From: Vezdaea acicularis | Taxonomy: Eukaryota | Direction: 5' to 3' | Assembly: GCA_026025075.1 (NCBI GenBank) | Contig: JAPEUI010000011.1 | Span: 1-64,000 of the forward strand | DNA: 64,000 bases | Part shown: positions 48,240-59,000 of the stretch, piece by piece | How positions within the stretch are numbered: the stretch's first letter is position 1 | Layout: each line of letters opens with the position of its first letter | Position numbers and translations under genes: made by a program | Notes under the pieces: generated by a model | Seen by the model: only the letters and a program-made list of their open reading frames with translations | What the model was told of the DNA's origin: nothing | The model's database searches: none

Positions 48240-49850
48240 ATGAACTACCCACCGCCTCCCCCACAGCAGCAGATGCAGAGTCCCCCACCTGCCTATGCTC
48301 AAACGGCCCCAGTCCAACACGACGAGCGTTTAGCATACGGAAACGATTACCAGCAGTACCCTTCTCAGCCGGTACCGAACTCATACCACAATGCCAATCC
48401 CACACCACAGCCGCACGAGGCACAAAAATATGAGAATCCACCTATTCCCAGTGCGTATGGAAATCCTAGCCCCTTCCTAGGGCAGCAGTCCGTTCCTCCA
48501 GAGCAATCAATGCTACCACCGCCCCAGTATCAACAGCCTCAGACGCAATCCATTGACCAAAATTACGGCGGCATTGACGAGAAGATGGCGATGATGAAAC
48601 TATCTGCGATGGGAATGAGCCAGCCCGGCGTACAGGTTCATTCATACGCACAACCGCCGGAAATTGCTGGAGCTGGAGCAAGCCCGGCTTTCAATCAGCC
48701 CCAACAGCCTCCCAAAATGGGCGATGAGCAGAAAACGAGCAAGACGAAGCGGTTTTTAGGAGACACATTAGTTGGCCGCTTCGCCCGCGCAAGCGTTGCG
48801 ACTGCGAGCTCTACTCTCAAGATGCCTGCATCTTTGTCACCGTGGGGAGACAACAACCCTGTCACGCTCCCCAATGTTCGATATCGTGATGCTGTACTCT
48901 TCACGACGTTCGCCTTTGTAGGCGGTGATCTAGTTACAGGCGTTTCTGACGCTGCCACAGGCCTCTTGGGCGCTGACAGTTTCGTAGCCGAGATAATTAG
49001 TTCAGGAGCAGGAGTTATTGTCGGCAGTACTATAATCAAATACGGGGTATTCCAGATCGTGGAAGGTCTGATCGATGAAGGTATCCTGGAACATCTGATA
49101 CCAGAGGAGCAGAAGATAATCCAGACCACGAGCGTCAAGACGATGCAATGTGCTATTAAGCACAAGCTTATGGGTGTTGACGCAGACATCCGACTTGTAG
49201 GAGTCTACGACGCCAAGAACTTTTTTGCGTGCGAAAAAGGCTGGTTTTGCCCATATCTCTTTGCTTCGGCAAGGAGACCTATCATACCCCGGAAACATGA
49301 TTTTGCGATTGCCCAGTGCTTTGGGCCGTTCCTGGGAGCAGATTACGCACTCGCCCACAAGCTCCTCGCTGAAACCGAGACCTGCCTTGCGCTCTGCGAC
49401 CCCGACCCAACTCACGACATCGGGTGCAATCGACTAATAGTCCTCTTCCTTGGTATTTCCCCTTACCGCGGCGGAAAAGACGTATGGTCGTCCTCGCGGC
49501 GTCCGTCCGAGGGTTTACTACTCTTCCACCTCCTGAACGGCTGTCCTGCTCTTGTCTTACCTGTCAACAAACAAGCCCCGCTTCTTGCTTGGTCGCCGTG
49601 GACACTCTTGCAGATGTGGTCCGGGCAGCCATACGACGCGGGGTTACAACATAGTGAGCTTTGCGAATACTTGGACACGCTGGTAGAGCTTGGGAAGTGC
49701 TACGACGTTGTCCAGAGCCGATATGAGGACGTACTGGCTAGGTGCATGAGTTTGGTTATTAACGGTGCCATGAACACGAAATACGTCAATCCAGAGGTTC
49801 TGAAGAAGGTGGATCCGGAAAGGGCCGGGATTGTCATGTTTAGGTATTGA
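48240..49850 (+). CDS. Hypothetical protein (536 aa) with Q/P-rich N-terminus, hydrophobic Gly-rich middle and globular C-terminus
   Basis: Long intronless ORF, TATAA at about 48074 and a CT-rich leader. No family recognised. Confidence 0.8.
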   Translation: MNYPPPPPQQQMQSPPPAYAQTAPVQHDERLAYGNDYQQYPSQPVPNSYHNANPTPQPHEAQKYENPPIPSAYGNPSPFLGQQSVPPEQSMLPPPQYQQPQTQSIDQNYGGIDEKMAMMKLSAMGMSQPGVQVHSYAQPPEIAGAGASPAFNQPQQPPKMGDEQKTSKTKRFLGDTLVGRFARASVATASSTLKMPASLSPWGDNNPVTLPNVRYRDAVLFTTFAFVGGDLVTGVSDAATGLLGADSFVAEIISSGAGVIVGSTIIKYGVFQIVEGLIDEGILEHLIPEEQKIIQTTSVKTMQCAIKHKLMGVDADIRLVGVYDAKNFFACEKGWFCPYLFASARRPIIPRKHDFAIAQCFGPFLGADYALAHKLLAETETCLALCDPDPTHDIGCNRLIVLFLGISPYRGGKDVWSSSRRPSEGLLLFHLLNGCPALVLPVNKQAPLLAWSPWTLLQMWSGQPYDAGLQHSELCEYLDTLVELGKCYDVVQSRYEDVLARCMSLVINGAMNTKYVNPEVLKKVDPERAGIVMFRY

Positions 49851-50184
49851 GTTGGGAATGATGGGACATGGGCTAGATGGCGATTGGGCGTTACGATGGT
49901 TGGATCATAGAGGTACACTATCAAGTGCAGTATAATAGAGGAAATAGAATAAAATCTCAGGGGATCAGGTGCTCAGAACTTGACACAAAAACCGGGAAGC
50001 TCATGTGTAGTGAAATCGCGGAGAGAGGAGCCTACGGTGGCGGCCGTTACCCTGCTCACCAAGCCAGAACGATGGGAGACAGGATTGATCATCCTCAAGG
50101 TATCTTCAGCTTCACACCGTCGATAGTGAAAACTAGACCTCATGAACTAATACGGATGAGCAATGCGGTTCCGGAGGTGCCAAA

Positions 50185-50214
50185 AACGCGACGCAAAAGT
50201 GGAAGTTTCACGTG
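50185..50214 (+). promoter_or_regulatory. Composite motif copy AACGCGACGCAAAAG-N9-CACGTG between convergent genes
   Basis: Read directly; same ACGC-to-CACGTG distance (14 nt) as the other four copies. Confidence 0.45.
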
Positions 50215-50415
50215 CTTGCACCTTATTCGTAGGAGAAAGGCATAGGGTGCCCTGTTCCGCTCTGCTCACGTGCTTGGTTGCGTTGGTGATAGAGAGAATA
50301 GGGATGCACAGAGAAATATTGAGTACACCGAAGGAGCAATCAAAATGATCACCTCTATTGACCCAGACCGTTCTATCTGCCATTCTAATGCTCCTTCTCA
50401 GTCCCCTCCCCATTC

Positions 50416-51064
50416 CTACTTCCCCACCTTCGCCTTTGCGTCCTTAAACGCCGCGCTCGCCTTATCCGTAATCTTCGACGCCCCGACCTCAATCTTCTCT
50501 CCCGCCTCCTCAAGCTTCTGCTTCGCCTCCAACTGCTTTTCCCGCCCTCCCCAGTTCCAGTATTGCAGATATCTGTAGCCCTGCGTGAGCTGCGCGCTCT
50601 CGTTCAGGAAGTGGCACAGGAACAAAAGGTAGTTCTGCGGCGTGACGGCCATGCTGTACCGCATGAATGTCGCCGAGTACACGACGAGCGCGGCAGTCAT
50701 TTTGCCGGAGATGCTAGAGTGGAAGGGTGGTTAGCTTTGGAAGGTGGGGGTTTGAAGGGCACGAGAGGACGGGAGGAATGGGAAAATTACATTTCGGGGT
50801 CTTTCTGGGTATCCATTATCGCCGCGATGGGGATACCGAAGTTAGATACGGGGCCCCAGAAGTCTGCAAGAGTTGTCTATCAGCTAGGATCTTGAAAAAT
50901 AACGGATGAAGCTGTGAGTCAGGCCGATTTGCTTGCTTAGAATATGTTGGGCACGACGAGTTACGGAATGGGGAATTGGCGCAATACTTACGCGTCGAGG
51001 TGACATAATTCAAGACCGGATGTGACCGTAGCTTTGCGTTCAATGCTGATACAGCGGCGGCCAT
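50416..51064 (-). CDS. MPC1: Mitochondrial pyruvate carrier 1
   Basis: Three exons: [20 protein letters not shown]...ISGKMTAALVVYSATFMRYSMAVTPQNYLLFLCH. Confidence 0.95.
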
Positions 51065-51388
51065 GGTGGGCAGAGTTCAATTCCAGTTGTTGAAGAGGTT
51101 GTTCCGAAACCGCAAGAGGTCATTAGAGACCTCACCGGAATTAAGCGGTGATGTAAGGTGTCACGTGCGCAAACTTTTAACCCCGTTGAGTAGACAAAAG
51201 CCTAGAAGATGTCATGAATTGCGTCTGTATTTTTGATTTCAGTTTATTTGTTTAGTAAAGAACAACAGCTGCAGCTATTTCACAGCGCAACGCTTTTCAG
51301 ATGCTCCAAAAGCTTCTCCATAACGCCTTTGCCTGAGTTCTCGACCATGCTTTATGAAAGACGTGACCACCACCCGTACCACGACCTT

Positions 51389-52335
51389 TCACCGTCCACC
51401 AAATCCAGGAGGAGCGCCTCTTCCGCCCGGTGGAGCTTGAAACCCTTGAGGAGGTTGGAAGCCAGCTGAGATTTCATTAGTCATGTTACAATCATCAAAT
51501 ATGTGGAGGGCCTTACGAGGGGCGCCAGGGAAGCCAGGTGGTCCGCCAGGAAAGCCTATAAGAATGTTTAGTATTACTTCCGTTGTGTGCGACTGTGAAG
51601 ATGCTCTGACCTTGCCCTCGCCCTGGGAATCCTGGAGGCGCACCGCCAGGTGGAAAGCCACCTGGGAACCCGCCAGGGAAACCTGGAGGCGGCGCAGCTC
51701 CACCAACACCACCTACTGGCCCTGTAAGTCCAACGGGCAAGCCCCGGCCAGCAGGCCTTGCCAATCCCGGCCCAGGCGCCATAGCGGCTGCCGCCCCTCC
51801 CGGAGCACTTGTGCCTAAACGAGCTGATGGGTCTGATGGAGGAGGAGACTCGACTGAGAGGGAGATGATGTTTGTGCCGCGAACAATCGTAAGACCAAGT
51901 GTGCGCTTTTCTTCAGCCTCGACAAGAGGGGGGGCAGTTGCACCAGGAGCTGTTGCAGCCTTCGCTGGCTTACGCTTGACGCGTCGGAACTCCTCTGTGT
52001 CCGCGAGGACAAGGTTCATGTGCTGTAACGCGAATATCAGCACGGGAATTTTGAAATTTAAGAGGCCTTCAGCAACTGGATGCTTTTACCTTGTCGAAAG
52101 CGAGCATCTGCCCAGTCATCTGTCGCCCATCGTTAAGCGTGACCCTCATACGGTAGTTGATCTAGGTAGCCGTCAGTACCTCCCAAGTGATATGAACAGC
52201 ATCAAATCGTTATAACATAGGCTGTGAAGGCCGTACCAAATTTTGCTATTAAAGACTAAAGTCAGCTTAGAGCAATCTTCAAGAGCTCGAGAAAGGTTAG
52301 AGAAGTACCATCTTGCCCTGTTTATTGGCCGCCAT
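51389..52335 (-). CDS. SMB1: Spliceosomal Sm protein B
   Basis: MAANKQGKM|QNL|INYRMRVTLNDGRQMTGQMLAFDK|HMNLVLADTEEFRR...RTLGLTIVRG, then a PPGF-repeat tail. Includes a 9-nt exon at 52245-52237. Confidence 0.93.
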
Positions 52336-52628
52336 CGTCGCCAAAAAAGCGCAGAGAAGCTGCGGGAGATCTCAAAGATTGAATTCGAAGCAAAAAAGCT
52401 TCAAGCTACACTTTCGTAGCTTTATGTTTTGATATTGTGGTGTGTACAAGGTTGCTACTACTGTCAAGCTTTCTTCAATTTTCGCTTAGTCAGGCAGTAG
52501 GGTTCCTGAACTAGCGAGCCCTGTCGCTTGTGGGAAGTACAAATCGAAGTATGACCTGAGACGAGAAATACAATAAAAGGGCGATACCAACAACCACTTC
52601 CCTACGACAGACGCCGGATTCCATCAAA

Positions 52629-53332
52629 ATGGTACGTATTGATTCGATACCTGCCGTTAAGACATACCTAATGTTGTAGGCCGAGTCCGGTAGTAAAGCA
52701 AACCCCATGCGGGAGCTCCGCATCCAGAAACTCGTGCTGAATATCTCTGTCGGCGAATCCGGTGACAGACTCACAAGAGCAGCGAAGGTGCTGGAACAAT
52801 TAAGTGGTCAGACACCAGTATACAGTATGTCTAAATTCTCTGTGTCTTTACAGGACCTCTCACTTGCCCAACGTTAACCCAATATCACCTTTAGGCAAAG
52901 CACGCTACACCGTCCGAACATTTGGTATCCGTCGTAACGAAAAGATCGCCGTGCACGTCACTGTCAGGGGTCCAAAGGCGGAGGAGATTCTAGAGCGTGG
53001 CCTCAAAGTCAAGGAATACGAGCTAAAGAAGAGAAATTTCTCCGAGACAGGAAACTTCGGGTTTGGGATCAGCGAACACATCGATCTTGGGATCAAATAT
53101 GACCCAGGTATTGGTATCTACGGAATGGACTTCTATTGCTGCATGTAAGCTTATCATTGCCCGTAATAACAATGATGGTGAGCCCCTTTGCTGATGGTTG
53201 AGCAGGACCCGCCCAGGCGAACGCGTTGCCAAGCGCCGACGATGCAAGTCTAAAATTGGGGCGTCGCACAAGATTAACCAGACTGAGACTATCAAATGGT
53301 TTAAGAATCGGTTCGAGGGCATTGTGCGGTAG
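52629..53332 (+). CDS. RPL11: 60S ribosomal protein L11 (uL5)
   Basis: ATG-only first coding exon, then [34 protein letters not shown]...[17 protein letters not shown]...GIYGMDF. Three introns. Confidence 0.97.
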
Positions 53333-53647
53333 AAGGTTGGGCCAGGGGTCTGGAGAGTAGGGTTGGCAAAAAGGAAAAGTATCACGTCAACATAACCACC
53401 CATTGACTGCTGGGGAATATGCTATCACAATTGCAGATCCTGTTGCCTTGAACCATCTCCTGTATCATGCGAAGAATGAAAGTGTGAAGAGGTTAATGCA
53501 AGTCTAATGAAGCCTCTAGTCCCTATATATACGGATCGCCCTTCAGTCTGATCTAACCTTCAGATCCTAGCATGCAGTTGACCGAAATACCCATTGCCTT
53601 CCTTACGCCGACCAATGCGTCTTTGCCGATCCAGGAGAAGTATCTGC

Positions 53648-54103
53648 TTATGTTCTAGGTCCATCCGCTCCATGAACCCAATTGTTCCACATCTTCGAGA
53701 TAAAGCCCGGCTAGGTCAAAGAAGAGTTAGATCAGCCACATTTCTTCCGACTGAACAAGCAGCTAGTCACTGACCTCTGGTCTCTGGTCACTAATGGTAT
53801 TCTGGAACCTCTGACTGTCAACCCCGTGCTATAATCATGTCAGTCTTCTCTCCCTTGCCATTGCGGACTACGAGAAACCCTCACTTGTGGTCGGTCCTTT
53901 GCTAGGCCGCTACCAGTGGTGTGGTGCCCATTAGAGCCTGTCCTGGCATACGCATCTTCAATCCCCTGAGCGGCTGCGGGTTTGAATAAGCTAGCTAAGA
54001 AGCCTGGAGGCTGCGAGGCTTTGGCGTTTGTGGAAGTAGATACAGCGGTCTGCTGGCTCAGAGCGTTGCTCGGGGCTGTCTTCTGCGTGCTTTCTCTTGA
54101 CAT
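53648..54103 (-). CDS. Small hydrophilic protein (111 aa) ending PGFISKMWNNWVHG
   Basis: Exons 54103-53885, 53828-53775 and 53710-53648, all phase 0 with GT-AG ends and branch-like sites. Confidence 0.65.
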
Positions 54104-54879
54104 GATTTCGACTGGAATGTAGCTTGAAAATGAAGTTCTTTGGGCTGGTCGACTGAGGTTTGGTGTATTTCCAAGACACGAAGTTGTTGGGGCAGTGATT
54201 ATTTTTGTAGCTTCAATTTTCTCAGGTTGTAATCGATACCGAATTTGAATGGAACAAAGAGACTAATTTCATGGTGTGTGGACTGACCTGGTTGTCTGAA
54301 GACATCATGACGTAAATAGCACTCGTCATAGGGCAAAGTGCAAGGGGCGACGTTTGGCCTTACCCGATGCGCTGCAGGGAAAGGATCCACATGGCACGTC
54401 CCTTTGCAAATATCTACGTATTATTCTGGAGGAGTGCTCTTGCTTAATTCACTTATTGGTAAGTATCGGCTCTAGACGCATCGTGGTGATCATTGGTCAT
54501 TCAAATATGCATATGCTGCCCATCGATTCTCGACTTTTCTCACAAGAGGAACTAAGTCAGGCACTTCGAATATCGATGACTGAGAATTCTACTTGGTTAA
54601 AATACCGTAGCTCGTCATAACATGGAGCCCTGCAATTCCTTATGCTATTTGAGTCGAAAGGAGCAAGAATACAGATGTATGGTACGGTCCAGTAGTAAGA
54701 GAATATATGTCACTTCATTAGTGAATGCATTCGTAACATTCACGAGCCCTTCGCCTAGCATCCGCAATCGCCCGGCCTGAAAGCCCCATTCCAAACTCCC
54801 ACGCTATGAATAATGCCTCCCTCATCCGATGTCTTCTCACCTCTCATCTGAAGAGAGCAAGTCCTCCTGTACAGTCTTC

Positions 54880-55206
54880 TTATTTTCCATCCCCCTTCGT
54901 GAAGTTATGCCACATCTGCCCAATGAAGCCAGCCTGAGGCTTCTGCTCCGCAAAGCTCGATCTCCGGGCCGCAGCGGTGATATCCGTGCTGTTCCGCTTC
55001 TGGTTCATGAGACCGTTGAAGAGACCTGCATTGCCAGCTGCTGATGACTAGAGTGCAGATATTTACAGTGAATAATGCTTTCAAATGAAGGAAAAGATGA
55101 GGGAGTAAGAGAGGATCCATAGGAAACATACACGTCTTCGATTGCCTTCCGCTCCTCCCGCAGCTCCAGCGGAGGCGGGTTCCATCGGTTTTCCCGAGCT
55201 CGACAT
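54880..55206 (-). CDS. Small CON-8-like (conidiation-specific protein 8-like) protein, 80 aa
   Basis: Exons 55206-55132 and 55047-54880. Sequence RRRSS...LFNGLMNQKRNSTD...ARRSSFAEQKPQAGFIGQMWHNFTKG. The family name is from recollection. Confidence 0.7.
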
Positions 55207-56008
55207 TATTCTCAATTTCCCTTGATTCTGTAGGTCTAGCTCTCGTAAGATGTAATCGTGATGGCTCGACTCGATGGACGTTTCAAGATACTCGATCAAA
55301 ATTTAGACGTCGTTTAATGATTTCAGAAAATGGAAGTTGGGGAACGGAGGAAGGGTACCATTTTTAAGCATCGGATGTGCTGGATAATAAAGTCGTCGTA
55401 CGGCAGCCGAGTGACTTCACCACAACCCCGCAAACAAAGCCAAGCTAGGCAGGGGCGCTATCACATGCCTTCCCACGGCTTCCCTTTGCACGCTATCGAC
55501 TAATACGACCAGCGTATGCGGAATGCACCAGTGTACGACTTAGCAACGATGTTTGCTTCCCGAAACCACGCTCCCAGATCGGCGAATGAGCGTTGTTTGT
55601 CGTTCGGGAGATGGGCAGTCTGATGGAGGGGCACAGAGGCATGTTAATGGCCCTGCAGGAGCTAAGCAACATTCGGACCTGTCCGATTCGCGAGATCGGG
55701 CCCGCCTGATGGAACTGTTCCTGCTATCGCCATTTGCTATCATAACGCTTCGGGAAGGGGAGTGCTATGCAGTTGTAGGGAATGGTGACGTACGCTAGTT
55801 GAGGGCATGCGGCTTTATCTCAAAATGCCACGCTAGATCAGACCTTATTCTTCTCTCTCGGCTAGGGTAGAGGCGGCGATGACGTTTGCTGAATTGGTGA
55901 TTCGCCCTGCTGATCACGTAGCAAGGTGCCGTAGGGCATGATACAGTTGCACGGAATGAAAGCTGCATATTCTATCTAATACTAGGTCTAGGATAGTATG
56001 ACATGGCA

Positions 56009-59000
56009 TTAAGCATCGGCGGCCTTGGCGATTTTGCAGATAAGATCAGAACCGTCCACGGAATCGCCTTCCTTAACCTGCAAATTGGCAATAGTTCCAG
56101 CGTGAGGAGCGCTTATGACCATTTCCTGAACGGACGCATTAGTATGGATTACGAGTGGGGTGACTAATGGATACTCACCATCTTCATAGCGCTCAGAACA
56201 GCGACTGGATCGCCCTTCTTGACCTCACTGCCGTCATGGACCCGCACCTCGACAACGACCCCAGACATTGGAGCTCCCACCTGGCTCGAGTCACTGCTAT
56301 CAGCCTTGGGGCGGCTCTGATTGCTCACTGCCGCCTTTTTATCATCCACTGTGACTTGCCGGACCTCTCCATTGATCTCGTAGAATACTTCACGCTGTCC
56401 AGTCGTATCTGAAAGGGGGCCAATGGCAAGTAGCTTCAGGATTAGCATTTTGCCCTTCTCGAGCTCGACGTTAAACTCCTCATTGATTTCTGGTTTTGCC
56501 AAGAAGTATTTCGTTGGAAGTACGCTCAAGTCGCCGTATTTAGCAATGAACTTCTGGTATTCATCAAACACCTTGGGATACATCGCGTAGCTTGCGACAT
56601 CGCACTCAGTAACGTTGCCGTACTTCTCTAAGATGTCCTTCTTGATCTGCTCGAGATTCAGTGGCTCTAAGTATAGGCCTGGCCGCTTGTCGAGCTTTCT
56701 GCGATTACGCAGAGCTTTCGAGCGCAGTGGCTCGGGGAACCCGCCGTATGGCTGACCCATAAGCCCTTCGAAGAACTCCAAAACAGAGCCGGGGAAGTCC
56801 AGCTCGCCAGCTTTCTTCTGGACATCATCATAGCTAAGCTTGTTAGATACCATGAATTGCGCAAGATCTCCAACAACTTTGGATGTTGGCGTCACCTTGA
56901 CGATATCACCAAGCAGGGCATTGGCCTGTTCGTAAGCTTTCTTAGTCTCTGCCCATTGGGTACCAAGACCCAATTGTGAAGCCTGGAAGATCAAGTTGGT
57001 CAATTGACCACCGGGAATTTCGTGCTCGTAGACCTCCGGATCAGGCCCTGTCAGTCCAGCCTCGAAAGGAGAGTAGAGCAAACGTAGCTGAGCCCAATAG
57101 CTATCAATAGCGCGAACCTGAGGACCATAGAGACCGGGGTCATATGGACCGCCTTGAAGCGTTGCGAGCACAGCTCCAACACTTGGCTGCGAGGTCATAC
57201 CAGACATACTATCGGTAGCTGTGTCGACGGCATCAGCGCCAGCTGCAGCACAAGCTGCCATAGATGCGACACCAGTGCCAGCTGAGTCGTGAGTATGGAC
57301 ATGAATAGGAAGGTCTGGATACTTCTTCCGAATGCTGCCCACCAGCAACGTCGCTGCAGGAGGCTTCAACACACCAGCCATGTCCTTGATACCAAGTACA
57401 TGCGTTCCTGCCTTGACTATCTTATCTACTAGGCCCATATAATACTCAAGGTTGTACTTCTTATGCGGATTGAGCATGTCCCCGCTATAGCAGACAGTTG
57501 CCTCCACTACACCACCAGCTTTTTGTACGGCCTTTATACCTACCTCTAGCTGATCGAAGTCGTTGAGGGCGTCGAAAATTCGGAAGATATCTACGCCATT
57601 TTTCTTTGCTTGCTCACAGAAGTGATAAATGGCGTTGTCTGGCAGTCTATACGAGGTTAGTACCCATTACGGTTCGCCCTAATCGGTCTACGTACGAAGA
57701 GTATGCCACTCCATTTGCCCCGCGAAGAAGCATCTGGAAGGGAATGTTAGGAACCAGCTTCCTCATCTTTCGGAGCCTCTCCCATGGATCCTCATAGAGA
57801 AACCTCATCGCTACATCAAACGTCGCCCCACCCCAACATTCCAAACTATAAGCATTGCTATAGGCGTAACTAGTCTCCTTCGCAATATTGAGAAGATCTA
57901 CCGTTCGGACCCTTGTAGCAAGGAGCGACTGATGTGCATCTCGCCAGGTTGTATCCATAAGAAGGCAACCTTTATAGTTGCGGACAGCTTTCGCAAAAGC
58001 CGCCGGTCCTTCTTTGACAAGGATGTTGCGCCATCCAATTTTGCAGGGTTCGGAGACGTAAATAGTGTTACCGTCCCTATCTTGAAGATCGGGCAAAATG
58101 ATCTCAGTCTTGAGCTTTGGCTCACCAATCTGCCCCTTGATACTGCTCCCATTCACGGCAAGGTCACCCAAGTAGGCTAGGAGCTTCTGAGCTCGGTTTT
58201 GGCTGCCTACTAGATCGAACAATGATGGGCTAGATGCTGTCAGCCAGTTTCTGTCATTTGCACTAATATCACTCACGTATCATCAATAAACGTTGTCCAG
58301 CAATTTCCTTCTATGAAGACCGGATGCGTGAGCAAAGATGCCAAGAAGGGTATGTTTGTCTTCACGCCACGAATGCGGAATTCCACGAGGGCACGAAGCA
58401 TCTTCCGTCGAGCGATCTCGTAAGTCGAGCCATGACAGGTGCATTTGACCAACATGGAATCGTAATGCGGAGTGATGATCGCGCCTGCGAACCCATTCCC
58501 AGCGTCCAGGCGAACACCATTACCACCAGCGGACCTATAAACCTCGATCTTGCCCGTGTCAGGAGAGAAACCGTGAGCAGGGTCTTCTGTGGTTATTCTG
58601 CACTGAATGGCGAACCCGCGGATAGATATACGGTCCTGGGTTAAGCCCAGTTGTTCCAAGGTGGCGCCAGCAGCGATCTGAATCTGTGCGGCGATAATAT
58701 CAATACCAGTGATTTCTTCTGTAATAGTATGTTCGACCTGACTGTGGAGGTTTTAGTAGAATATTCCAGCCACTACTGTCAAAAGATGAATCTTACATTC
58801 TAGGATTGATCTCAATGAAATAGTAGCGATTTTCTTGGTCAACCAAGAACTCAGCAGTTCCCGCATTACGATAATTGACTGACTTGGCCAGCCTGACAGC
58901 ATCTGCGAGAATAGCATCGCGTGTCTTCTTAGGGAGTTCCTTTGCAGGCGCCACTTCAACGACCTTTTGATGCCGTCGCTGCACACTGCAATCTCTTTCA

